Shown here: positions 26,750 to 40,350 of the stretch, one piece after another | How the letters are laid out: each line of letters starts with the position of its first letter | How positions within the stretch are numbered: the first letter of the stretch is position 1 | Assembly (NCBI GenBank): GCA_036172245.1 | Contig: JAYWIR010000029.1 | Location: 62,001-126,000 of the forward strand | Reading direction: 5' to 3' | DNA: 64,000 nucleotides | From: Raillietiella orientalis | Lineage: Eukaryota | Program-made: the position numbers and the translations under genes | Notes under the pieces: model-generated | What the model was told of the DNA's origin: nothing | The model's input: the letters and a program-made list of their open reading frames with translations, nothing else | Databases searched by the model: none

Positions 26750-28950
26750 TCGCTCTGTCCTGCACCCTTAGACGGGTTGCGTGCCGGTCGCGAAGGAACT
26801 CTCTGAGACATCCAGAATGGCACGACCAAGGAATTTTTGCTCTCGAAGAGTCAGCAGGCAGATTCCTGAGGGTATCCGAGAAACGGTCGATTTGAAGAAA
26901 TGGAAACAGCTCCTCTTCCTCCATGCGCAACAGTCACCAAGGACTCCTCCCTACGCATCTTGGAGGACTTGGTGCTAGTCAACCTAGTGTCTTGTAGCGA
27001 TCGTACTTGGGGGATGTCGGGAATGTGATGAGTTTCTGTAGGCTCACAGCCTAACTTCCAAAGCGATGGGGCCCGGGAAGGAAAAGGGTTTCTGCAAAGG
27101 AGCAATGAAAAATGGACCCAGCCCGAATAAAGCTGATGGACAAGACTTCTCCCTCAAAGCCGCCGAAAGACTTTCACTCAAGAAAACTCGGCAGTTAAAC
27201 CGTTCGTGTCCAAGACGATCTGGGATGAGGCGGGAAACTTACGTGAGGATCAGAGATATAATTTCTCCAAGTACCGTGAATTTTCCGATTTGGTACTTCT
27301 GGATCTCGCAGATCAGCCTCAGGAGGCAGATCTTGCCGTCGAATCCAAGAGATGAAAGGTAGCTTATGATGATAGAAAAGAAGTGCATCTGGTCTTCAAG
27401 AAGATTCCTAAAAACAACCAGTACACTGGTCACTGTCGCTGATTTCCGGAAGTCCGAAGGAGCAATTAAAGATTTTCATAATAGCCATCCGGAATCACCA
27501 AGAAGCGAACACTTGCCTTCCTCCAAGAGGAGCAGTCTCACTGTACAAGGTATCCAGAAATATGGTAAAAGGCAGATTGATCTGGAACACCCCTCTTGTT
27601 ACGGGATTATTTGTAAAATTCGAGTCCGTGTTGATAGGGAAGGTAAGAAGGCTGGACAGGGTCCACTGAGGTCTAATCAACAAATTGGACATAGTTGTTT
27701 CCTAAAAAAAAAATTGCCAAATGAGCAAACAAAAAGAATTTTGTTTTGGGTTCCATTCTGTAGCTGCTCCAAAAATCCATTCCTGCACTATCTTACCTAT
27801 CGTCAGTGTCTCCGTGATTGCATATCTTCGCAGAGGAATGCTCCCTGAGGATTCTACAAAGATTCTCGATGAGTATGTAAAGCGAATGTGCATATATTCT
27901 AGCGAAATCCAGATTGATGAAGATACTTTCGACCTTCTACTGTTAAGATACTTTCTGTTGTCTGATTTCGAGAGGGGCAAACTATCTGGCATATCTCCGA
28001 GGAAAAGGAAGAAAAAAAAAGGGTAAGGGGTTTTTCAAAGGTGAGCCGCGAACAAGAGATGCAGAGATGAGAGTGTTTGAGCTACCGCCTGAAGGGAAGT
28101 CGACTGATTGGCAAAAAGACTGCTTCATGCTGATTTTGAAACGCTTGAAAGCGATCCATAAGGGCTTGTTTTCTAGATACCTCAATCTGGAAAAGTTCCA
28201 GGAATTATTTCGACAAGTTAAAGGCGAAATGCTCTCTTGAATTCCTTCGTTCTCGTATTTCAGAACTCTTTTCATTCTATATGACATTGCAACCAGGATG
28301 ACCCTTTATCGGCTCACCCTTGGAGTCGTGTATTCGGCAATGTTTTTGGCGTCCCTGGTCACGTGCAGGACAACAAACTCAAGTCTGCGTCCACGGTTAG
28401 CAAGGGTCGTTCAGGTCTGATTATTCAAAACAAAACAGAGAGAAAAAATCTAAGATCATCAGGCATCACCAAGGAGAGAAGTTATAAGCAGTATTTCAGC
28501 GTTCTGCCTACAACTTCTCCAGAAACTCCAAAATGTCAAACATTGCTAAACATTTTCGTGGCGCCATCTTCATTTGTCGAATTACCGAGTCGATAAAGCG
28601 CGTGCTCCCAAACGGCCTCTTCTTGATACCCCCAAATTGACCAAGGATCTCATTAAATGTCTTTAGCTGATGGCCACAGTTGCAGACTCAAACCTGCAGG
28701 GCTCTTGGCGATGTGTTTCTCTAGTCGTAAACTAATCAGCTCATCCCAAAAGTCTCCGATTAGCAGGCGTGCAATTATCAAAATTTCAAATATAAAAAAA
28801 GCATCCACTCTCGTGCGTAAGTTCAAGGCGGCAAAAATAGATGGACATACACGAAACATGGAAATTTCTGTTTCCAGGACATCTCCGAACTGCTACCATA
28901 CTGCCATTTCCTAGGATCCTTATCTAGCCAGAAGAGCTGCAACAGCGAAT
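26750..28950 (+). mobile_element. Degenerate L1/Tx1-clade LINE ORF2 (endonuclease end, linker, RT)
   Basis: Ordered fragments 'GQGPLRSNQQ' (GxWKxN-like), 'EDSTKILDEYVKRMCIYSSE', 'GKLSGI...GFFKG' (KSPGxDG..FYK-like) and 'ELPPEGKSTDWQKDCFMLILK'. Multiple frameshifts. Confidence 0.6.
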
Positions 28951-29880
28951 GCATTTTTCAATACCGAATTTCGTCTAACTTAACCAAGCCTGGAGGCATG
29001 GAATGGCTTGCAGTTTTACCAGAGGAAAAGTACTTTTCTAAAACCCTCAAAGTGAATGTACTTTTCTTCAGAGCCAGGGAATGAAGATATATGGATGATC
29101 GGGAATGTCATTTCCGGATTCAGCGTTGAAACACGTTTAGCAACGGATCCATTAAGTTGCACCGAGATGCTCATGTTGGTTCTATGAAATACTGTGTTGC
29201 CTAATAAACACAAAATTATGATCTCACAAAGATATTGCATAATTAATTTCCTTAGATCACTGACTTATTGTACAATGCATGAATCTGAATTTGGAATGCA
29301 ACGTTTCTAACAATTCATCCCTCACATGAAGCAATGAGTAGTGTACAGCTGTCTATCTCATACAAACGTAATGTTGCTACAGTGATAATAAGCCTTTCAT
29401 ACTAATCTCGCCATATGCGATAATTTCATCAAATATTCAGCAGAATTAACCACATGGGAATTTTTGTAAAGATCATGAATGTGTCGAGTCACTCATGAGC
29501 CATATCACTCACTGCCTTCATGAGAACAAGAGATGACCACATCGTCACAACTAAAGATGAACAAATACCTTCACATGCACCGTGATCTAGAATAGCGATG
29601 CATCTTAAAAGTATCAAACTTTCTCTTCAAAAAAAAAAAAAATCTCCGCGTGTAAATATTCATTGTTTATCAATTTTTCAGAATGGTATACGAATGATAT
29701 ACGGTTTTCTTTGCTTTTTAAAAAAACTTTTCTTTCGTCCATAGATTACTTAAAGAGGGAGACCATTCTGAGATGAGGCACGATCCGGAGCACTTTCTAG
29801 AATAAAGATTTGATTGGTTTATTGAATGAAACTCTCTTTCACAACAAATCTACACCAAAAAGGTGGATCAAGATAGTGAA

Positions 29881-29920
29881 CTAAACCTCAGCAGCTGCTC
29901 AAACAGCTGCTGAGGTTTAG
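29881..29920. repeat. Perfect 17-bp inverted repeat, 6-nt loop
   Basis: CTAAACCTCAGCAGCTG-CTCAAA-CAGCTGCTGAGGTTTAG. Confidence 0.95.
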
Positions 29921-32900
29921 AAAAACGAACATCAGACGACTGTCTTCAAAGCGTCGTCTCTTAAGCTTTTTTTCTTCAGCGTTATCTTATGCAGGCGGAG
30001 GTTACTATTTAGGGAAAACTACGGTGAATTTAAAATGTGCTGCCACTAAGCAACTGACCCTAGTCAATATTGCTAACAAAGATTCAGCTACCAACTTGTA
30101 GGTCTCTCTGATGTAGATTCCTTCGTGCTGCCATGAAGCTTGCATTCTAATCACGAAACATCCAAAATTCTCATAACTGCTTGAAATGCAATTACCGAAA
30201 TTCTTGATATCCAAGAATACGAAAACCAATGAGCATTTCATCGCGACTTTCGACTTCTTCCCGGTGAATAGCAGTGGGGGATCTATGGTCTTTGTCATTT
30301 ATTTGTAAATATAGTGAATGCTCCCAATCCTCGTCAGTTTCATCATGCCATTATCGATTAGGATCTTCGATCATCTTGTGCAAAGTGCCACCCTTCATTC
30401 CATTCAGTGATGCATCACTGAGTGCATCTTTGAATCAACAGTCGCAGCAAGCGGAATACGCAGACAAACAGCATCTCAGTCGCGAGCCCCGTGCCTTTTG
30501 AGAAAAGGAATGATCGGTAAATGAAAGAATTGTCCGCAACGCCTTTCGGTCAGAGATGGTAAAGATTCCATCAGAAGTGGGGATTTCGAAATCACTAAGC
30601 TGTTACGGCGCTTTCGGCCGAAAATCAAGAGAACACGGGAGAATAACGCGGGATACTTCGAACATTGAACACGTCGGGCCCTTGCCAGGTTGGTTTGAAT
30701 GAGGATGTGACGGAAAGTTGAGATTTTAGTTAGACTGTTGATTTAGATTCGACCCTTGATTTTTCTTTTCAACACTTTTCATTCTTCCAAAGAACTTGCT
30801 TTCTGTTGCTCTGCACGATTGACTTCCAGTCTTAGAAACTTTCACTGTTTGCTATTGAATAAATGACGTAGCTTTGACTTTTTCGAGACCCAGTCGCGGT
30901 CATTAATTAAATATCTCTGTATATCCGCCGTCGTTAAATGCTTCTTCTCTGTACGTATGTTCCTCCTCCATTCTGACTTCCTCCAAACATGACTTTCTCT
31001 ATTAGATGGTAAATGTTGGGATCTTCCCTTATCCCATGTGTGTATTTGATGGAGCCTACCATGAAAACACAGGTTCACCAATATTCCTCTCTAGTCTCTC
31101 TCTGTCTCTGTAATCACTGCAGCTACTGCTCGGTCTTTAGCAGCATGAGCTTTTTTTGTCCGTTGCCTTTTTTTTAAAACAGCTCTTCATCCTATTGAAA
31201 GAGAAATCTATGACGAATGATTCTCTGGAACTCAATTCCGCTGCATTCCCGCGAACTTGCGTCATTCTTCGGATGGTTGAATTTTTCCCTGCGTTTCTTA
31301 TTCCGCTTTCAGAGGATATGCGTTTCGATATTTATTCCCTCAAAAGTAGGAGCAGTTTTCCTGCTGATATGTCAGTTGAGATTATTAGAACGCAAATCAG
31401 ATTTGTTCCTCTCGACAAACCTCAGGGATGCAAACGACCTCCAGACATGGTGGTTCGCGTTCCCCATGGTTTCTTATATCAAACGACTTTCTTAAGCAAC
31501 ATCGAAATGAATCTTCAGCGCGCCTGTTCTACAAGGAATATAAATACGGATGAGTTCCTTTCACTCGCTAATTACGAATGCAAACTGGTCCGGAGAAAAC
31601 ATCTCGTGATGGAACTGTGATTTTATTCCTCGATGCTACTTTCGGTGTTGTTTTTCCGAAACCGAATACGATATCGGAAGATATTTTCGGTGTAAAAGCG
31701 TTCGGATGGAAAATAAATCAATGGGGATTCTTAATCCTTGTCGGAGAGGCGAATCCCGACGCTCTAAACAAGTGCGGCAAGTGCTTTCTTGACTCCAAAC
31801 TGCGCGCATTAGATGGGAAAGGGAAACTGAAGTGCAAACACGTGCCAAAACAGGAAAACAAAAAAAATGCGGAATTCATCCTGATTCTGGACTCATATGA
31901 GTCTGAGAGCAAGCTCCTTGTCGAAATTTGAAGGGCGCCTCGAGGAAAAGAAGCATCTTAAGCGGAATAGTTGGGAAGTTTCCTTCCGTGTCAAACGTAG
32001 AGCAGAAGAGAGGTGCAGAGTTCGGTACAACGTTTCACCATCACCATTTCCAGCAAAAGAGTTTTCTGTCAACAGAGTAATGTGGCCTCTGATTTCAATG
32101 AGATGCATTCAAGCATCTTGGTGAAAGCAGGTTCCATTACTCTCATAATTTTCTGCGGATACAGGAGAAAAGTAAGCAGCTTCCTCTTGTTGCAGCAGGA
32201 AGAGTACCACAGAAAACACGAATCACATTTCTTAGAAACATTCAAGGTTAGAAAATTTCTTCCTTACAAAAGTCATTTTTCATAAAAACTCACCTACGGA
32301 TTGTGCCTGGATCTACTGCAACCATAAGCTCTGTGACGAAGGACTGAAATACATCTGAGTTCCGTCAAGGGCATCAAAGTCTCTTTCTTTATCTGCTATA
32401 AACATCAAGATTCGGTTTCGAAACTCTGATGTTCATGACCTCTCACAAAGCACTTCTCGAAGACGTTAATTGCTTCTGAGCGTGCTTAACGATTCAGTTC
32501 AAGTACTCTGAGGACTCTGCGACCAGCAGCTGAGTTGATTTCCGAGTTCGTTGATTCGTGGTGCGGAGTTTTGTGCTCCTGTCGGTTTCAGCCAGCTTCC
32601 TTCTCTTAACATTAAAAAGAAACGGAAGGGAAACGCGCGTGCACTTTCAAGATCTCAAACGAACTTGCTCATCCGAAGTGGTAACGGGAATTCTTGTTGC
32701 ACAAGGCATGTCGACGAGCGTAAAAAAAAAAAAAAAAAAATGTCTTTTAGGCATATGTTGAAGAATACAGCGTGGAAGAAGTTCTTCAGATGTTTTTATT
32801 TTTTTCCCTTCTTTGTCCTGTGGAGCTCAGACAAGAACAGTTCAGCTCAATAAACTGAAACACTTTCTAGAATTAGCTCCCGAGAATATTTAGCTGAATG

Positions 32901-32964
32901 CAGCAGACTGAGAAGGCGAACTTCAAAGATGATTCAAGGTTTCCAAGCTGATGAGTAGGCAAAC

Positions 32965-34340
32965 CATTTTCCGGGACGTCACTTATGGATACATCGCATT
33001 GATTTTCATATTTTTGGTGTAAAGGAGTTTCGTGTCAGATGTGCGTGTAGCAAAATGGGATGCCTACAGCAGAATGGGGATGTATAGCGAGGCTTTCATC
33101 TGCAGAAACGGACTTTGGTGAATTCGATTCAGCTTCGGTTGGGAGGCATTTAATTTCCCTAATGCTGCGATGATGTTAGATTATGGCATCTGCCGATAAA
33201 CTGGAAAAGGCCTACGTCTGCTGGAAAAACACCATCCATTTCAACTTCCATCCATTTAAGGAAAGAAGAACAAGAAGAAGAAAGTGAAAACACACCATAT
33301 GCGGACCATATCAGTTGAATTGTACTGATAACACTACTACTATTATCGTTCGTGATTGAATCATGAAGAAGTAATCATTTTGCATATGTATCTCGAATCA
33401 ACTACTTGACAGACGAAAAATTCACATCCTTAATCCACTTCTACCAACAAAAAATGACAGCCAATCCGTTTTCGGTCAACAGCAGTCACATTCGAAAGGG
33501 ATTCCAGGTTGCATCCCTGAACTAATTACAGTTTTCACGGGAATCCATAAGGCAGGAGAGCAATCAATACCAAACACTGCGACTCGAGGAATGTAGCAGC
33601 CTTGAAAATGTATCAACCTCCCTCTTCCTTCAGTCATCTCGGCTTCATTCCTATCCCATATCTTCCTGTTTTTAGCTCTCTCCCCAACATGTTTGCCCAC
33701 AAGTTTTTGTCAGTACCTGAAATTACCAGGAGAGGGTTCCAGGATTGTAGATTAGGATCTTTGCTTAGAAAACCATGAAAAACTGAAATGGTTTCCTGTG
33801 GCATTTCATGGCATGGATGCATGTATCTTTGGCATTTGGACCGGGCACCGTTAGTAGTGAAGAGAACAGGTTACTTGATCCCAGAAGGAGGAAAGCAAGA
33901 ATATAACGAAGTTTTCCATCGGAATTCTGTAATAACGAGATGCTATTTCTGTTGATGTCTTCTGATATTCGTGGTTTTCCTCTCAGTTACGGATACAAAA
34001 GATTAGACTGACAACCCGGAGCCTGGAAGCCGAACTCCATTTTAACAACGACCACTTTGTGTATGATTTGCAAAAAAAGACAATATTTTTGGATCACTCT
34101 AGCGGTTTTCCTTTCCATTCCTTGCATTCATAGGATAGATTAGTGGGATTGCTCCAAGTAGTTCCTTTCCATGTCGTCCGATCGTAATTAGCAAAATATT
34201 GTAATAGGTTGTTTGTTATCGTATTTGGTGTTACCAAAGCACCGTCCGTAGATTCCTTTTCTAAACCAAAAAGAAAAGTACTAAGACAGTGATTGAGTGA
34301 TCCCTTCCAGAGATCCGTGCAGTCTACTCCTCTATCCAAA
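32965..34340 (-). pseudogene. Degenerate gene with kringle-like Cys-rich repeats
   Basis: Minus-strand fragments: 'RGVDC', 'TTWKGTTWSNPTNLSYECKEW', 'TNGARSKCQRY', 'CYIPRVAVFGIDC', 'GRCHN', 'GIPFCYTHI*HETPLHQKYENQCDV'. These resemble kringle motifs YRG..T..G..CQxW, CRNP, PWCYT and ExCdIP. In-frame stops present. Confidence 0.35.
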
Positions 34341-36037
34341 AAGCACTGAAATTTGAAAATTTGAAATTTCTTTCCGACGGAATGGCGAACGGGGGTGAAA
34401 AGCCGAACGAAGTTTCAATATTGCACGCAAGATGAGAGCTGGCTCTGCATCAGTGTCAGCAAACTCAGTATCAAAATCGCGTCCTTGCAATCCTCAAATG
34501 CTTATCCCTGTTGGTCATGGCAAATCTTGTGGGGATTTTGCGCATTCCGGCATGCTTTTTTCTTTCTTCCTATCCTTTTGACTCATCTCTTCCTGCGTGA
34601 CCTTGAGAATAAGAAACACCTTTAAATCACCGGGTGGCACTGAATTGAAAACCACCTAAATTTTCTGACAGCTGAAGAATTGCATGTTCACGTGAAATGT
34701 TGAAGTGATGTTCGCTCCAAAATCCAGCTGATGTTTCTTTGCACATTCTTCACGCTAAGAATTTTCCTCCTAATAAAACTGACGGTGCCTTGTCTTCTGT
34801 TAGCGGATCCCAGGATTCTTCACATGTGACTTTCCTGACTTATTGACGCTCGGAGATACGAATTACCTTCCAAGAAAAGATGTATTCTTCTACTTCCGGA
34901 AGCGAGTATCCATTTCTCATGCGGTCATGATTGATGTTCACATGAGCGATGTGCAAAAAACAAGAGATGAAGGGGAAAATTTTTAGAGAAATTTCCATTT
35001 TTCAAATACAGTCTCCATGCTCAAGTGAATCCGCGCTGGAGTAACAACAGAGTCACACTAGCAAGGAAATCTCAGGAAACTAGGAAATCTCAGCTTGGTT
35101 CACAGCGACGGAAAAGAAGGACTTTAGGAACTCTTTCCTTCATTGATGGCACGAAAAACATTCGGAATCACACATCAACTTCCAAATGGACCGAAAAATC
35201 GATAGACTGTTTCCTAGTTCGAGCAGTCTTCCCCCCCCCCCCCCGATTATGATTAATGATTGGGACCCACCCTCAATCATCAATCACTATACTCTTAGAG
35301 ATTCATGGAGGTTGTGGTACCACTTCCTTGCAGCTGAGCGTGTTTCGTCCATTTCATTCCACTTGTACAGAAAATGCTGAATGCCAGTTCCAAACTCGTG
35401 TCATTTATTTTGTTTCCATGACTTTATGTACTGAGTTGGAATTCAAGGTCCGGAATATGCGCAAACACTGTGATCTTTCATCTTCCTTTCATATGTTGGT
35501 ATTTCAATTAGTCGTCGCCTTAGTGATTCGTACCGAGAAGCCGCAGAATTCGAAACGTCACGTGCGAAGATTTATGTGAATTTTTATCAGTACTTTCCGG
35601 GTATTTTACGCATTCTTTTTAAACTGGAATCTAACTGGGATTTCACAATCATCAGATGTACCATCTCAAAGTGCATTTTGAAAACCCGAATTTTAAGCAG
35701 TAAAAGCACGTTAAAATCTCAGAACCCGAGGGATCGATAATTCATACAATGAATGAATAAATGCAGTTGTACAGATACATTTCTGATTCGAATTCCGAGT
35801 TGTTTCTCTCATGAAGCTGAGATGTGAGGATTGTCCTCAAGTTTTTTTTTTTTTTTTTTTTAAGAAGGTGAATCCATGAAAAAGGAATGAATTCCTGTGA
35901 AAGGAGTGAACCATGCTTTGATAACACTTTTATTCTCCTACTAGATTTGAGGAGTGGCTTCTCTGTCTAAGCCAAGAATGTTCTTTGTTTTGAAATTTCA
36001 TAAATTCAAGTCCGTCTACCACGTATTTCCGTGATTG

Positions 36038-36067
36038 GTGTGTGTGTGTGTGTGTGTGTACACACAC
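36038..36067. repeat. (GT)n microsatellite followed by an (AC)n foldback
   Basis: gtgtgtgtgtgtgtgtgtgtgt-acacacaca seen directly. Confidence 0.9.
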
Positions 36068-36209
36068 AAAATAAAATAGTACGGGCACCAAATTAATTTC
36101 TTGCAGTAATTCGTACGATTCTGTTCATTCCACATTACGAACGGCACAATTTGAAATGCCGGGAAATTTTAGTGGAACAAAAACAGAAACAAAAACTGGG
36201 AGTTTTGTC

Positions 36210-36320
36210 TGGCAACAGATGCTGCGCATTCTGCTGGAACGCGCGGGAGCTCCTCTGCCGGTCACGCTGTCCGATCAGAGCGGAAGCGGAAGTTTCCACG
36301 TTCGTTCCGGCGCCGAGAAT
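36210..36320 (+). promoter_or_regulatory. CpG-rich putative promoter upstream of MDP1 with tandem ETS-like CGGAAG motifs
   Basis: Local GC/CpG island in AT-rich DNA about 450 bp upstream of the ATG; GCGGAAGCGGAAGT at ~36280. Confidence 0.35.
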
Positions 36321-36733
36321 GTTAATGGGGTACGTTCAAAAGCCCAGTATTTGAAGTTTGATGGGTTTGCTTGCTCGTTTACGAACCTATTAGGAATGGT
36401 TTCTTTGACTACCAAACGAACTGATCATAAGAATGCGTAGCGAATCATTTATTCAATAAGTTGTGCATTTCTCGATTGAAAGTAAGCATTCGCGTCCACC
36501 ACCATATTCATGAATTCCCTCGTGTTTTGTCTTCAATCTAAATAAGAAGTCAGGGTGGATCTTTCGTTCAGATAATTTTTTTTAGTAATTCACATTTTAC
36601 GAGAAAAAAAAAAAAAAAATTCTCTCACTCTCTCTCTCTTTCTCTCTCTCTCTCTTTTTTTTAAATGCCATGGTTTCATCATTCATAATACGACAAAAAT
36701 ATTTCCATATCTTTCTGTCTTGTATCACAAGAA

Positions 36734-37622
36734 ATGTTTTCTGGAAATTTTCACAAGCATTTCCCGCTGCGGCAAACCCATAAGATTTCGAGTCAAATGC
36801 ATCCTCAGTTAATTGTATTTGATCTAGGTAAATATCCTAATTGGAAACATGTAAATGAAGATCCTTTTTAGATAATACTTTGTGGCCATTTTGTTTGGAT
36901 ATTGACGCCGAACCTCCTTTTTACAAAGCCAGGTAATTAGTGAAATTGCTACTAGAATGTGTACTGCATGTATCTGAACTTTGTTGGTAAATTATTAACC
37001 AAGCATTAAGGATACATACAAATAATACAAATGCATATGGATTTAATGGTGAAATTAAAGTACCAACGGAAAAGTGCAACATGAACCATTGCATTGCAAA
37101 ACACCTAACACGACTCCGTGTGTATCTGTACATTAGGGATGGATATATATACGATGCGAAAGGACGTTTATCGATGCTTTTTCCTGAATCTCGTGCAGTT
37201 TTGAACAAACTGCATACTGAAGGCTACACTCTTGCAGTTGCTTCTAGAACTGGAGTGATTCACGGCGCAGAACAACTGCTAGATATGTATGACATAAACA
37301 AGTATTTCACTTACAAACAGATTTATCCAGGATCAAAGACGAAACATTTTAGATGGTGAGCTTTGTTAAATCAAGGTATCTTTCATAAGCACTAACAGGC
37401 TCATTATGGATTCTCTTTGAAAAATCACCAAGGTTCCATCAAGTGACTGGCATTCCTTTTAACGAGATGCTATTCTTTGACGATGATCCCACAAACATCA
37501 CCGAGGTTCATCGAGAAGGAGTTTTCACCGTTCTGGTAAATTCAAGAGGAATAACGCATGACCTGGTGCAAGAAGCAATAAGAAAATTTCCAGAAATGAA
37601 CACTACTGTGTCGAGACACTGA
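36734..37622 (+). CDS. MDP1: Magnesium-dependent phosphatase 1 (HAD superfamily), 187 aa
   Basis: join(36734..36827,36872..36932,37137..37355,37433..37622). HAD motif I 'VFDLDNTLWPF', motif II 'AVASRT', 'QIYPGSKTKHF', motif IV 'EMLFFDDD'; AATAAA at ~37688. Confidence 0.93.
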
Positions 37623-39149
37623 ACTGAATGGAGTAAACCAATTTCTCGTCTCTTTTGTAGTTTTCAAGTGGGTAAAGATCTGTGTTAAATAAAATATATC
37701 AAATTGTTCATTTTAAAGAGCTAGGCAGCGCATAAGTGGCTTTTGCACAGTAAAGAAATTCTTTCGAGTATAAATGATAATCCAGGATAATCGGATTCAC
37801 AAGAACGTGTAGCATTATCGTACTTATATTGCATACATAATTCTGTGAGATACAAAGGAAGAGACAAAAGAGATACTTGAAATCCAACATGCAGGCCAGT
37901 TTTGATTCTTTTCTTTTTTTTTTTATGATGGGTGCTCCTATGGTAATCTTAATGGGCATTTCGTTTTAACATCCCATGGAAAAAAAAATTCCGCCATGCT
38001 GAAGCCCACTCGGTACGTATTCTCAACCACTTTTAAGCATTCTCGATATCTGTGTTTCCTTTTCCTGACGCGAGAGATGAGCACTGATCCTTTATGAGCA
38101 TTTCCCACAACTTCTTTGGAATGATTCTGCTTAGCCACAGTCTCATTCTCTATTTCGCTCCCCTTAGAGTTTCAGAGATGAACTGTATGGAAATCCCAAT
38201 CAAGCGTCGCCGATTCGTTCGGTTGCCAAGTTGAAAACTGGGAAACTCTGGACTCAAGGATAACGCAGGGATAAAGTAATCTTTCGCTTTCCTTGCCCCA
38301 CTCCCCCAGGATCGCGTATACCTGTTACGTGTATCTCTCAAGATTGAAAAGGGTGTGAAACGCAATGATCCCCCCCCCCCCCCCCAAAAAAAAAACAAAA
38401 AAAAGAAAACAAAAAACAAACAAACAAAGCAAAACAACAGAGAGAGAGACAAACTTTTTATCTTCATATCAAGAAGTCAGCTCGTGAGCTCTTGCCGACT
38501 TCTTGAGATGAAAGATAAAAATATGCTGCTAAGCTGGTAAGTCTGCTTTCACTGTAGCAGAAAAAGCAAAGTTCGGTTGTCATTTCCGATCTTCCGAATG
38601 TTTATTTAAGGATCTTTTCCCTGATCTTCCATTGTATGTGATCAAAAGCCATCCGCTGTTTCGTTCGGAATCGCTTCCTATCTTACTGCAGACATGCCAG
38701 GTCGATTGCACTCCCGAAAAGAATGTTGTATTTGAGACTGAAAGCATACAGTTGGGAAGGGAATTGAGGCCGGCGTGCGGGTTTTTTGCATTTTATTTCC
38801 GAGAAAACACCGGCCCGTAGAGCGCTCCCAAGTCTGCACTGAGGGATTCCTGGGAAGGGATCAGGAGAAGGATGTGGTGAAGCCACTCCTTTCGAGACGC
38901 AAGCTCGGTGCTGTTGGTCGTTCAGTTAACAGTTGTGGTTCTCCATCTTGATTTCCATATCCGCCTTCTTATGCAGTTGAAAATGAAAAACACGATCTTG
39001 ATCAGCGTCGGTATGCTCGCTCCGATAGCGAATCCCAAGTTGCCACCAACTTCATCTGCAACGGAAACCACATTGCCACTGCAGTTTAATCGAGCTCACA
39101 CACAATTCACGTGAGTGTGCCAAAAGTGCGTGAGCATACAGAGAGCAAA

Positions 39150-40350
39150 CATTTGCCTGTGTGCTAAGCACCATGCATTTCTGGAGGGTTCGAATGCACA
39201 CTGCGCATTCCATGCACCTGGAAGACATGACGACAGGAGGATCGATTCGAGCAACGGCATCAGCGGTATGGGGGGAAAGTTTGCGTGTCCCGCTCCTCTC
39301 CATACTGCAGTGGGCTGCCGAAATTTGCTGGGAGGGGGTGGGAGGAGTGGAAGCCAAAACTTGGAATGCACTGGATATTGTCAAAGCTGTGGAAAGCTTC
39401 AGGATTACCATATCTCATTATGCGATGATGAATATGGGGATCTGTACGGATCTCTTGGACTCATGTCAAAAACCCCTTAGGTAAGGGGGCGGAAATCTCG
39501 GCGGAACGCAACCCTGGTCACAGCAGAGGAAGTGTTCCGATTTCGTTTCTTTTATTCCTCACGATCCTACATCCAGGAAGAACCTTCGAAGAGTGCGGTG
39601 GTTTAAATGCAGTCTATGGCTCGAGAAAAATTCTTCAGACGGGGTTCAGCTCCCATGTTTTGTCACTGACAAGTTACTGGGCTCAACCATCGTTCATCTT
39701 GCCCAAGCACGAGTGACCTTAGATTAGGCAGTAAGAGGTTCCGGCAGCCCGACCACCCTCAAAACGTCGCAGGACACTTGAGCATGCAGATTGCTTTACT
39801 CGATTCAAAATAATAGGAAACAAGCTAGCTAGGGCAGCGCCCTGCAAATCATGGATGAAAAGGGAGCCCTCCTTTGAAATGGCCATGCTTGGCCAACGGT
39901 CAGTACATGATGCGTTGCTGGGGAAAAGTGAGGTGCCTCAAGCTAGCATAGGACCGCGAAAAGATGTGCTGTCGCTGCGCTCCAACTATTTTGCTGTGTG
40001 GCTATACTGAGTGGAGAAGATCTGTAGGATTCATGCATCTAAGTTACCAAGTATGCTGGATAGGGCCGATTTTTCCATTCTTCTGCTGATGCTCGAGAAC
40101 CTGCCCATCATCAGCTCGAGTATGGCGAGTTCTTCTCTGAAAATGAGTAAAAAATTCAGAACCCAGTGGGATGAAAGTAACTTTCTCCCTCTTCCCTCCC
40201 TCCCGGGCCTATCTTTCGCTCATTGGAGGGAGAGCGAAGCGAACCACCTTTCGCTCGAGGGAGCCAATACTAGTGGATAGCGTGGTACACGGCAGAGGTG
40301 GTTCCGGGAGTAGGCGTCTCCGCATTGCGAGCTGCGACTGGGTTCGCTCA
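39150..40350 (+). mobile_element. Decayed LINE fragment in the last intron region of the DEG/ENaC gene
   Basis: 'DYHISLCDDEY' resembles YADD and 'ANHLSLEG' resembles LSLxG; heavily interrupted. Confidence 0.35.

Noticed and set aside
29016..32124. Possible ionotropic-receptor-like or other pseudogene fragments (ORFs at 29016, 30005, 31156)
   Set aside because: Only vague resemblance; no consistent motif order or splice model.
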